NCBI RefSeq assembly: GCF_004010195.1
Contig: NC_057718.1
Coordinates: 62,790,311-62,854,310 of the forward strand
Source: Chiloscyllium plagiosum
Lineage: Eukaryota
Reading direction: 5' to 3'
Length of the DNA: 64,000 nucleotides
The notes under the pieces are model-generated. The model saw only the letters and a program-made list of their open reading frames with translations, had not been told where the DNA came from and searched no databases. Numbering within the stretch: the stretch's first letter is position 1; each line of letters starts with the position of its first letter. Position numbers and translations under genes: made by a program. Shown in pieces: positions 1 through 11,274 of the stretch.

Positions 1-2260
1 ACACTATTCCCACAGCTCTCTGTGGCAATAGGTTCCAAAGATTCTCAATCCTCAGAAAAAATTCTCTCTCATCAGTCTTAAATTGGTGCCTCTTTATTCG
101 GAGGCCATGCCCTCTGGTCCTAGACTCTCCTATGAGGGGGAACATCCCATCAGCATTTACCCTCTCAAGTCCCTTGAGAATCCTATACGGAGATCACCTT
201 CCACCTTCTAAACTCCAATGAGTAAAATCACAATCGGTTTAGCCTTTGCTCATTAGGCAATCCTTTCATTCCAGGGATCATCCTAGTGAACCTTCGCTGA
301 ACTGCCTCCAACATAATAATCTTTCCTTAATTAAGAGGACCAAAACTGCTTTCCATAAATGGTCTCACCAGCATCTTGTACAGTTGCAGAATGACTTTCC
401 TACTTTTGCACTACAACCCCTTTGAAATAAAAGTCAGCATTCCATCAGCCTTCTTGATTACTTGCTGCATCTATAGGCTAATACCACAAAGTCCTTTTTG
501 TGTTGCAGCATTCTGCAGTTTTTTCCATTTAAATAATATTCTGTTCTTTCATTGTCCCTTCCAAAATGTAGTGGAGGCACTTGACGAAGGAGCAGTGCTC
601 TGAAAGCTAGTGTTTTCAAATAAACCTGTTGGACTATAAACTGGTGGCGTGTGATTTTTGACCTCTTTCAAAATGAACAACTTCATATTTTGCCATCACC
701 CACCTTTCTGTCCACTTACTTGACCTATGAATCTCTCTCTGCAAAATGTTTCTATCCCTCTCACAACCTGTCTTTCCATCTATTTTTGTATCGTCTGCAC
801 ATCTGGCCACAGTACATTCACTTCCTTTCCCAAAGTCATCAACATATATTGTAACCAGTTATGGTCCCACCACAGATACCTATGGAATCCCACTGTTCAT
901 GGTTCACTAACCTGAAAAAGAATGCTTTATCTCCACTCACTGTCTCCTGCCATCAGCCACTTCCTTATTTATGCCAATATACTAATGCCAAGGGCTCTTA
1001 TCTTAGAACTGACTGTTTCAGAGGTACCTTGTTGAATCCACTCTCAAAGTCCAAATACAATATATCTATTGGTTCCCCGCTATCCGCCCTAGTTGAGACT
1101 TATTCAAGAAACTCCAAAATATTTGCCAGACACAATTTCTCTTTAATGAAGCCATGCTGACTCTGCTTAATTAGATTATGATTTTCCAAATATGCTGTTA
1201 CTTCTTTAATAATTAATTCCAATAGTTTTCCAACAATGTTAGGATAAGCAGCCTATAGTTACCCATTTTTTTGCCAACTCCCTTTTTGAATATGGGTATC
1301 ACATTAGCAGTTGTCTAAACCCTTGGCACTTTACCAGAATGCAAGGATTTTTGGAAAATCACAACCAATGCATTACTATCTCTGTGGATCCTCCTTTTAG
1401 GAATCCTAGGACGCAAGCCATCTGGGCCAGGAGACTTATTGCCTTGAGCCCCATTAGTTTGTCTAATACTTTTAGTGGTGGTGATGGTACTTAATTCCTA
1501 CCTGTATTCTTCATTGGATGTTTGAAGTTTCTTCCACTGTAAAGACTGATGATAATTGTCAGTTTAACTATTCAGCCATTTCCTCATTCCCCATCTCCCT
1601 AGGTTCATTCTCTAAGGGACATATGTTCACTTTGATCTCTCTCTTCTTTTTATATATTAGAAAAGCTCTTATGGTCAGTTTTTTATTCTTCACTAGTTTA
1701 ACCTCTTAGTTTATTTTCTCTCAATCTTTTTAGTGTTTCTTTGTTAGATTCTGAACTAATCCCAGTCTTCTGGGCTATGACTGAATTTTGCCTCCTCATA
1801 TGCTTTTTCATTCAACTTAAAACACTCCTTAACTTCCTTGGTTAGTCATGGTTAGTTTATCATTCTCCTCAGAATCATTCCTTCCTGGGATGTATTTTTG
1901 ATGATAGTCATGAATTACCTCCTGAAATGCCTAACATTGCTTGCTTACTGTCATTCTTGCTAATCTATCCACCATTTCACTTCAGCTGACGATATTCATT
2001 TCATTATAGTTCCAAGTTAAGCACAGTTTTTTTCCCCAACTCAAGTTTCTCTCTCTCAATCTGAATATTAAATTCTATACTATGATCACTACTTCCTTGG
2101 GGATTTTTTTACTGAGATAATTTATTAAACCTACCTCATTACCAGATCCAAGATAGCCTGCTCCTGGTTGACTCCATGACATATTGCTCTTGAAAAACTA
2201 TGAATTTATTGTTGTAGCTATTGCTTCCAATTTGATTAACTTAATCAGCATGAAGATTAA
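1..2260 (-). mobile_element. Decayed CR1-type LINE (ORF2 remnants), with a small PLE-end insertion at ~570-665
   Basis: Reverse strand resembles the CR1 copies at 11275 and 57737; many stops and frameshifts; ends approximate. Confidence 0.75.
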
Positions 2261-2522
2261 AATCACCAATAATTGTCTTTTTTTCAGATTTATAACTTTT
2301 CCTCAAAAATGATTACAGTTTGTTTGGTAGGAGTAGTTTGCAGACCTGCAATGTTTTTACTCCCTTGCTATCTTTTTTAAAACCTCTGCCCAAATGGACT
2401 TGACATCATTTAAGCCCAGATTGTCTCTCTCAAACGTCCTCATCTCATCTCTTCTTAATAGTGCTATCCCATCAACTTGCCCCCCCCCTCTCTGAACTGA
2501 GGATTGACACATAAGAAACCAA

Positions 2523-2888
2523 GGAGAAAGTGAGGACTGCAGATGCTGAAGATCAGAGTTGAAAGGTGTGGTGCTGGAAAAGCACAGCAGATCAGGCAGC
2601 ATCCAAGGAGAAGCAGAATCAACATTTCAGGCATAAGCCCTTCATCAGGAATCTTAGAACCCTTCCTGTTGAATGGCTTATGCACGAAATGTTGATTCTC
2701 CTGCTGCCTGACCTGCTGTACTTTTCCAGTGCCACACCTTTCAGCTACATTAGGGAGATTTAAACAATCCTTGGATGAACACATGGATGATGATGGGATA
2801 GTGTAGGGGACAAGCTGAGAATAGTTCACGGGTCGGTGCAACATCGAGGGCCGAAGGGCCTGTTCTGTGCTGTATTGTTCTATGTTCT
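2523..2888. mobile_element. Composite insertion: PLE-derived hairpin plus CR1/HER1 3' tail
   Basis: Inverted arms ~2557-2746; LINE tail ending gggccgaagggcctgttctgtgctgtattgttctatgttctat; flanked by ataagaaaccaa at 2511-2522 and 2889-2900. Confidence 0.75.
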
Positions 2889-2934
2889 ATAAGAAACCAA
2901 AGCTGATGAAGGGAACAGAAATTTATAAAAAGGT

Positions 2935-3160
2935 AAAAGTAAAGTCACCATAGTCTTACTAGACCATACAGGTGATCTTTCATTAGAGAGAGACTACTGG
3001 CTGTAGCTTAAGTAGACGGTCATCAGGTATCAAGTGTAGAAAGAAGTTAATTAGGAGGAACCTTCATGGTAATCTCAGTCAGTGCAGGAATTGAACCCAC
3101 ACTGCTGGCTTCACTCTATCATAAACCAGTTGTCCAGCCAAGTGAGCTAACTGACCCCCT
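2935..3160 (-). mobile_element. tRNA-derived SINE (same family as ~43720-43895 and ~60645-61055)
   Basis: B-box-like gggttcaattcc on the minus strand; shared tail tggtctrgtaagactat(g/a). Confidence 0.6.
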
Positions 3161-3618
3161 ATGCAATTTGTACAGCATGAGAAGGTACTAGGTGACAGAA
3201 TCATGATTGGCACAAGTTGCAGTAGGAACTGTTAATCCTTGTTCACTCAGACTAGTAACGTAGACCAAGAGCTGACAAGGGCCTATACAGACTATCAATC
3301 TTTGCTACACTCCCCAGGGTACTGCTTTAATCAAGCAGACAATCTACTAGACTAGTATGAGTTTGATCAACTAAGACTAGCAATTCCTGCTGTATCTCCA
3401 CGCTAATTATGGTCCAATTAGTCAGTACCCTCTTTTCATACCTCATAAAAATACATTATCTCTAAGTTTTACTTCTTGTGTATTCATTCCTGATGAATAG
3501 ATCCACAAAGATTCAACTTTGTTCTTATTTTAGCAATGTAAAAATACTATACAGTCAAGGATATTCTTATGGAGCAGTTAAGTTAAAGCATCTAAATATA
3601 TTTGTTGTGAAATCGAAC

Positions 3619-3713
3619 CTTTTCTCAGCCCGTACTTTCTTTCCACATTGGGAACAAGTGTACATATTATCACCTTCCAGAGTATCTTTGATTGTAACTT
3701 CATCAAGCGACTC
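3619..3713 (-). CDS. USP34: USP34 exon (last in window): ESLDEVTIKDTLEGDNMYTCSQCGKKVRAEK(R)
   Basis: 95 nt; tag acceptor, gttcga donor; CxxC of the USP fingers subdomain; the gene continues beyond position 1. Confidence 0.95.
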
Positions 3714-3729
3714 CTAGAAAGCGAAACAC

Positions 3730-4110
3730 ATATTTATAAAGCATCTTTCATAATTACCAGACATTTCAAAACACTTTATAACCAAAGTACTTTTTGAAGT
3801 GCATGCATACAGTGAACTACAATGCGATCATGACCAGATAATCTGTTCTTTTGTAATGCCAATTTGATGACACATATCAGCCAAAATAACTATGAAAACT
3901 TGTCTGCTCTTCTTGGAAATTATGCCGTGGAACTTTTTACACCTATCTGCCTTGGTTTAACATCTCATCAAAAGGTGGCACCTCTAACAGTGCAGCACTC
4001 TTTCCACAGTGAATTGTGTTAGCATCAATTGTGTGTGCAAACCCAAGAGTTGGATCTGAACCTGGAAGCCTGTGCCTCAGTGGCAAGAGTGCGACCAAGT
4101 GGGCCACAAT
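3730..4110 (-). mobile_element. Deu-domain SINE (SacSINE1/AmnSINE-like)
   Basis: Minus strand has a tRNA-like head and the core ggtgccaccttttgatgagatgttaaaccaagg, which resembles the Deu domain as I recall it. Confidence 0.65.
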
Positions 4111-4633
4111 AAAGTCAGAAAAATATATCAAAAACAAACGTTGTACTGTACAATTAAAAACATTGTCTACTGACTTCAAGATATTTTAAGCACGGATTAA
4201 CATTAGTAAGCACATTACAATTTTAATGTAATCACGGCATATTTTCTCTTCTGGTGAATAAAGTACCAATGTGATGAGAAAGGCACATAGTTCAGAACAC
4301 AATTTATTGTAAAAAGTCAATCCTTTTGACAAGAAACATCACTATGTGGATTTTAAAGGAGTCATTATTTCTCTGAATAAAATACCATGACATTTATTCA
4401 TGAATTTTTAAGTTTTTCAAAATAATAAAAGGGCTCTTACAACATTATTCAACATTATGTATGTTTTATTCTGAAAATATTAAACAAATGTGACATGCGA
4501 GGTTATGATGAGGAAGTTGAATTGTCTTGCAATGTTTCCACTTTAGCAGCCTTTGAAAATCATGTATCTTAATTTTATCTTTGTTAATTCAGATATTGCA
4601 CTATTTTACCTTACAAAATTAGACATAACTCAC

Positions 4634-4711
4634 ATAAATGTTTTTCATATCAGCCACTTGGCATCTAACTGTGTAGAACTCCTCAGCTGTCTGGCTGACA
4701 TGTTCGCAATC
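4634..4711 (-). CDS. USP34: USP34 exon: DCEHVSQTAEEFYTVRCQVADMKNIY
   Basis: 78 nt; cag acceptor, gtgagt donor. Confidence 0.95.
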
Positions 4712-4819
4712 CTGAATTTAAAGAAAAGTTACAACTTCAGTATTTATCATAGATAATTTATTTTCATAATGGAACTGCTTAATTAAACTTCTGAATGTTC
4801 AAAAATTAAGTACACTTAC

Positions 4820-4876
4820 CAATGACACCACGTTATTTGTTATAACCCCTCCAAATAAGCTTTTCACCGTGTCTTT
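4820..4876 (-). CDS. USP34: USP34 exon: KDTVKSLFGGVITNNVVSL
   Basis: 57 nt; tag acceptor, gtaagt donor. Confidence 0.95.
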
Positions 4877-4969
4877 CTAATATTAAAAAAAAGTTAAGAG
4901 GATACTTTTAGACAATGACACCCTCCCTTTATGGTATGAAACAACTACAAAAAGGTATTTCAAGTTTAC

Positions 4970-5116
4970 CAGTTCAGGGGACATTTCTTCAATTTTTGTA
5001 ATCAGGTCAGTGAAAAATTCAGTCATATCTTTCTGTTCTCCTGTGTTCAATGGTTGTTTGTCCATAGTATAGGTTTTGCAGAAAGGTCGTGGATTATATG
5101 CTTTGCGCTCACTTTC
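4970..5116 (-). CDS. USP34: USP34 exon: ESERKAYNPRPFCKTYTMDKQPLNTGEQKDMTEFFTDLITKIEEMSPEL
   Basis: 147 nt; tag acceptor, gtaaac donor; contains the USP QxD box (EQKDMTEF). Confidence 0.96.
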
Positions 5117-5279
5117 CTAAACAAGCAGATATTTCAAAAGAAATTGGTCATTTAGAATGTTAAATTCATTGCTGGTATCAATATCATTTTTTATTACAGA
5201 GAGTTAAAAACATTATAGCGTGGTCATAATGGGGGACTTTAATGATCTCAATGTAGATTGAGATAATGGTAGCAAAGAT

Positions 5280-5429
5280 TCTGGATTAGTGGTGCTGGAA
5301 AAGCACAGCAGTTCAGGCAGCATCTGAGGAGCAGTAAAATCTCCTCGGATGCTGCCTGATCTGCTGTGGTTTTCCAGCACCACTAATCCAGAATCTGGTT
5401 TCCAGCATCTGCAGTCATTGTTTTTACCC
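5280..5429. mobile_element. PLE-derived hairpin mini-element (hammerhead core deleted), inserted in a decayed CR1 (~5220-6410, +)
   Basis: Inverted arms; 15 bp TSD aatggtagcaaagat at 5265-5279 and 5430-5444. Confidence 0.8.
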
Positions 5430-6419
5430 AATGGTAGCAAAGATCAGAGTGGGACAAGCGCTCCTAAATAATGTTTGGATGAGTTTTCTACAGGAATGTT
5501 TGTAGTCCAATAAGAAAGAAGGCACAACTAAAGAAGGTTCTTGAGAATGAGGTGCATCAAGTAGATCAAATGTCAGTGAGGGAATATTTAAGTAAGGGTG
5601 ATTGTGATATTAAAGGCTTATGACAACTATTGGAAAGAATAATGAAATCAGTGAAAATTTCTTAATGGGAAGATCATGCTTCACAAAGTTGCTTGAGTTT
5701 ATTGGAGAAATAACAGAGGATTGAGTGTAATGCTGAATGTGACGTACATGGACTTTGAAATAGTTATTTAATACTGTACCATATAACAGACGTATGAGCA
5801 AAATTCAAAGCTTATCAAGTAAAAGGGACAGCAGCCATGTGGATACAAAAGAATGGCAGCATAAACCTGGGTGTATACACCCAGGTGTCCCAGCTATTAC
5901 ATATATACGAGCTGAGAGACCTGGGTGTATACGTATGTATGCAATTAAAGGTGACAGGTCAGGTGGAAAGTAGTATACAGAATTGAAGTATACAATATCC
6001 TAGGCTTTTTCTTAAAATAGGGCATACCGTACAAGATCAAGGAACTATGTTGAGCTTGTGACAGACACCAATTCGACTTGAGAGAGAGTACTGTCTATAT
6101 TTGAGGATGCCATATTTCTTAAGGAGGATGTGAACTAACTGGAAAACATGCAGAAGAGGCTTACAACAATAGTTCATCTGAGAAACTTAAGCTATGAAGA
6201 TACATTGAAGAAGTCAGGACTGGTTTCCACGTAGAAGAGAGGGCTAAGATGGCAGTTTTCAAAATCATAAGCAATTTGGACAGAGTAGATAGGGAAAAAC
6301 TAGTCCCACTCAAAAGGATCTAGAATGAAAGGTCATTGATTTAAAGTAATTTACAAAAGACCAATTGTAATGTAAGAAACAAAACTTCTTCCCATAGCGA
6401 GTTGTTATATGCTGTATAG

Positions 6420-7512
6420 AATCACCATATACACGGTAGGTAATCATATGACTCAGCCAATGTTGTCTATCTCAATGCTGCAGGCAAGGATGCCCTGAGG
6501 CAAGGTACACTGGGGAGACCAAGCAGATGCTACAACAATGGATGAATGGACACCATGCAACAATCGCCAGACAGAGATGTTCCCTCCCAGTTGGGGAACA
6601 CTTCAGCGGTCAGGAACATTCGGCCTCAGATCTTCGAGTGACCATCCTCCAAGGCGGACCTCAGTATCACACTAACGCAGAGTGACTGAGCAGAGGCTGA
6701 TAGCCAAGTTCGGTACTCATGGAGATGTCCTCAACTGGTACCTTGGGTTCATGTCACACTACAGGTGACCCCACTATACTATACACTCTACATACATACA
6801 CACACACGCTTACATACTCACACATTCACACAAACCCTTTCCCATACACACACTCTCTCAGACATACACTCCCACACACTCACCCTCTCACAGGCTTATA
6901 CTCTATCTCTCACACACACACTTCTACCAAGCACACAGACATGCAAACACATACTCCCTCACCCGCACGCTCTCACACACTCACTCTCTCTCTCTCTCTC
7001 TCTCTTTCCCTCACACAAACAAAAATCTGTGGTGAATTTGCATTTGCAGAATTGTATTTGTAGATATATTCTATTTTTGCTCAAAAGGCACACAACCTGA
7101 AGGCAGTCAATTCATATACCATTTTATAGATTCCTACTTTGGAAATAGAACCAGTCTGACTCAAGATTGGGATACAGACTCTAACCTCACACCTTTAATA
7201 CACTGTCTGAGCTGAGATGTCACTATTTTTAATAAAACCTTAAATTATCTCGAGACTGTGACTTGAAAGTAGTTCTGGGATTTACATATTAATGAATCAA
7301 AACCTGCAACCCATTCTAAAAGATGAAAGACTTAACAGCAATCTAGGTTTGTTCCATAGATCATTTAATTGCATGACACAGTGACCTTTTGTTCTAAATT
7401 GTGTCTTATTATCCTGCTCCACTAGTTACCTGATGAAAGAGCAGTGCTCTGAAAGCTAGTACTTCCAAATAAACCTGTTGGACTATAACATGGTGTTGTG
7501 TGATTTTTAACT
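6420..7512 (+). mobile_element. Penelope-like retroelement 3' part (GIY-YIG endonuclease remnant, CA-rich 3' UTR, terminal repeat with hammerhead)
   Basis: Decayed frame ...DSANVVYL...GETKQ...MNGH...LPVGEHF...EQRLIAKFGTH; hammerhead motif at 7424-7463 followed by AATAAA. Confidence 0.85.
7424..7463 (+). ncRNA. Minimal type I hammerhead ribozyme motif (PLE type)
   Basis: UAC-CUGAUGA-A-AGAGC(agu)GCUCU-GAA-AGCU-A-GUA: stem I UAC/GUA, 5 bp stem II, palindromic stem III AGCU, CUA cleavage triplet. Confidence 0.8.
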
Positions 7513-7859
7513 CTGAAGAATTACCAAGATGTGTGATGTTACATTGAAGAGCTTTTAAACGATTGTTTGAATAAAACATTTGGGTTTGAAGGGAAAAGGA
7601 TGAAGAATAGCTCAAGGTTACACGGTTTAAACAAACAGCTGGTGCAAACACACTGAGCTGAATGGGCTCCTCTTTCAATGTAGCAAGTCAGTGATTATAA
7701 CAAACTGAAATTTAAATTATTGAAAAATCTCAACAGATCAGACTCCAAGCATTTTGTTGTTTGCCATTTTAATTCTCCATCTTTCTCCGACTCTGATCCT
7801 ACTATCCTCAGTTACTTGCAGTACTTCAATGCACTTCAATAAATGCTTCATCTTTACAG

Positions 7860-8990
7860 ACAGGTTATACACTTTGGGAGGAAGAATAAAGGAGCTGTAT
7901 GTTATTTAAAAGGAAGAACAGGGATGGAATCCTCATGGAATCCCAAAAAGCTAGCATCCAATTTCAGCTGATAATAGGGAAGGTAAATGGAATGTTGACC
8001 TTTATTTCAAAGGGAGTAGAGTTTAAAACCTTGCATAATTTGCAAAAACTATACATGGCACTAGTCAGACCACAGCTGGAATATACTGTGAACAGTTTAG
8101 GGAGAAAGTGAGGTCTTCTCCTGAAGAAGGGCTTATGCCCGAAACGTCAATTCTCCTGTTCCCTGGATGCTGCCTGACCTGCTGCGCTTTTTCAGCAACA
8201 CATTTCCAGCTGTGAACAGTTTAGGGTGACTTATCCAAGAAAACAGATTCAGGCATTGGAAATAGTCCACAGTACGTTCACATTGCTGATATGAGGAAAG
8301 CAGGAACTGTCTGATGAGAAGAGGTTGAGTAGATTGGGCCTGTATTCATTGAAATATAGAAGACTGAAATATATGACCCCTTACTGAAACGAGCACTTGG
8401 CCATATCCCTTTAAACCCTTCCAATTCATATACCCATTCAGATGCCTTTTAAATGCTGCAATTGTAATGGTCTCCACCACATCCTCAGACAGCTCATTCC
8501 ATACATGAACCACCCCCTACGTGAAAATGTTGCCCCTTAGGTCTCTTTTATATCTTTTCCTTCTCACCTAAAACCTATGCCCTCCAGTTCCAGACTCCCC
8601 AACCCCAGGGAAAAGCCTTTGTCTATTTATCCTATCCATGCCCCTCATGATTATATAAACCTCTATAAAGTCAGCCATCAGCCTCCGATGCTCCAGGAAA
8701 AACAGTCCCAGCAGTTAGTAGTGTAATTTTCTTGAGGTTAGTACCAGACAGCATAGTCTTAGAATAAGGGGTTGTGCATTTAAGATAGAGATGAGGAGAA
8801 ATTTCTTCTCACTTAGGTCAATGAATCTGTGGAATTAATTTCCCTAGAGGTCTATCAAGCCTGTGTCATTAAATATATTCAAGACTGAGACAGACAGATT
8901 TTTATGGAAAAAACGTAGAAGAATTGAGTTGAGGATCAGATAGCCATGATCTCACTGAATGGCCAAGCAGACTCGATAGACTGAATGCAA
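7860..8990 (+). mobile_element. Decayed CR1 3' region, with a nested PLE mini-element (8103-8209) and a nested antisense younger CR1 3' fragment (~8395-8715)
   Basis: ORF 7899 has the CR1 motif LYMALVRPQLEY; 17 bp TSD ctgtgaacagtttaggg at 8086-8102 and 8210-8226. Confidence 0.75.
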
Positions 8991-9639
8991 GAAAGTGAGG
9001 ACTGCAAATACTGGAGATCTGGCCTATCACCATCACCCCCCACCTGCATCTTTTCCCCCCCCACCTGCATCTATCTATCAGCTACCTCCCCTCCACCCCA
9101 CTCTCCTATTTATCTGTCAACTGCCTTCCCCAACCTAACATTCCTAATGCCCAAAATGTCGACTCTCCTGTTCCTCAGCTGTTGTGCTTTTCCAATGCCA
9201 CACTTTTTGACTCGATAGGCTGAATGCCCTTGCATCTTCTGGTCTTATCTTTCAACTGGTCATTTATAAGCCCTGGACTCCAATACTAAAATCAACAACT
9301 TGAGGTCTTAAGCTCTGTTTTATTTCCTTCTTGTTTGAAGTTTTGATTATTTCTAAATGTTTCTCACTCTTTTTCCTTTTGGCCAGAATCTGTTCGTAGA
9401 AATTATCCACATATCAGGCAACATCTATGAAGGGAAACTCAGTTGATGATCACCGAAATGAATATTAATTCTATTCCTCTCCATTAATGTTTTCTGGTCT
9501 ACTAAGTATTTGCAGCATTTTCTGTTTTTATGACCCCTTAGACACTGTGTTTATTTGTTACCATACATTTTGGGCATACTTAGATCACAATCTCTCCTGT
9601 CTTTCACTCTATTAGAGAATGTCCCTTTCATATTTCTGG

Positions 9640-10140
9640 GAAAACGACATTCTGTCTTGCACTGAACAGGACAATTCACAGAAATGCCAAAGAGAAAACA
9701 TTTACACTGTATGAAAGCAGCGTTTTGATTGGTAGAGGCTTTTTCACGGAGGATGGATCAATTTATGATGACTGACAGTTAAACCAGGCAGATTGACTCT
9801 GATTTATCAAGGTATTGCCCTGAGAAATTAACCAGAGACTGTCACCTATTTTGAGTCGAGTTCAAACAGGTGCAATGTACATATTCTTTCTGCCTGCAAA
9901 GGATAAGGCCCTGTGCATTAATATTTGTAGCTTCCAGTATGCACAAGTGCCCTACACTGCAAGTCAGACTAAATGAGTTGTCAACACCTCAGAGTGTACT
10001 TGCTAACCGATTTATACTCTCCTCCTCTACAACATAAAGATTGTTTCTCTTTACTTTAATTCTTCTTGAAAGTTGTCCTGATGAGCGCAACATGAAAAGC
10101 TTTGACAAAATATCTTTTTTCAAAAATGCACAAATTCAAT
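9640..10140. mobile_element. ~500 bp non-coding element with inverted hammerhead-like ends (related copies at ~2490-3545 and ~25255-25620)
   Basis: Left end on the minus strand reads ttgtc-ctgttca-gtgcaagac; right end on the plus strand reads ttgtc-ctgatga-gcgcaacat-gaa-aagctt-t-gacaa. Confidence 0.6.
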
Positions 10141-10448
10141 ACTACTGACCAGCTTTCTTTTTGATCTTTATCCTACCTTCCTTGCTCTCACTTGTAACAA
10201 GCTCATTGCTTTGCTGACATTTCCAAGCTCAATAAGTTCCTAACTTTTCCAATTCATCACATTCCTAATGTTGACAGCAGATCACAGACATGAAATGGTA
10301 AACTTGCTTCTTACTCTGTAGATGCACCTTATCTGTTAGCTTATTAAGCATATTCTGTTGAGTATCTTCAAATACTACTTATTAAGATTTGCAGCATCCA
10401 CAATATTTTATTTCTGTATGTCTACTTATAAGCCAACAAAATACTCAC

Positions 10449-10514
10449 CATGAGATACGTGAACATCTTTTGCAGTTCCAGTAGTGTTGTTTTATGCTTT
10501 ATGTCGTCTGAATA
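10449..10514 (-). CDS. USP34: USP34 exon: YSDDIKHKTTLLELQKMFTYLM
   Basis: 66 nt; tag acceptor, gtgagt donor; phase 0/0. Confidence 0.95.
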
Positions 10515-11274
10515 CTAAGAATGGAAGAAGGCAAAAAAAAATTAAATAGGAACTGCCACTTGAATTGCCTACCTCTGGACAGAAATAATGAAGTAATTTG
10601 AATGATTACACAGAGCATAAAGTGCTGAGGTTCATTTAAACTTCCCAGGCATTGGGTTAAAGTTGGCAAATACAAAGTGCAGAATTCACTTAAACAGCTT
10701 GCTAAAATTTATCACTCCAATTATTATACACATATTAATAAACTTCTGCACTGCCACCATAAATTAAAACTATTTCATCCTTTCTAATTCACTTGTTATA
10801 CTCCAGACAATTGTGATGTTCTACCTCCCTTATGCTGTTGACTTGCACATGGCAGACCCATTTAAATAAAAAGGTTAAATCCGCCCTAGTAATAATACTG
10901 ATTCAGTCAGAGAGCATATTGAACAGGATATGTGGTGAGGAGAGTCAGGTGAAATATAGCATTGGGTTAGCATTTTGGGATGGAGAATTCCAGAAATTAT
11001 GTTCTATTGCCCTCAACAGGTTGTGAATGTGCATTCTAAAGATTATGTGATTATCTGCATGTATACTTATCTTTAAAATCTGAAACCTGTGCTAGTTTTA
11101 ATCATGTTTCTCCTTTTCATGAGTAATGGAACATTTTAAAATGTCACAAGATTTTGAAAAGTGTATTTACCTTTTCGATTCATTCAGGTCTTCAAAAATA
11201 AAAAGTATAATTCTAATTTCCAATCTGTACCTCCATAATCTGCTTACATATTCTCTTCCCCAGTTATAAAGAAT

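Noticed and set aside
1..3618. Next USP34 exon (expected ...ACFKKLPRILSF...)
   Set aside because: Not found; the region is repeat-derived, so the exon probably lies outside the window.
6719..7100. His/Thr-rich ORFs of 111-114 aa (also 21254-21561)
   Set aside because: They are translations of CA/TC-rich low-complexity PLE 3' UTR sequence.
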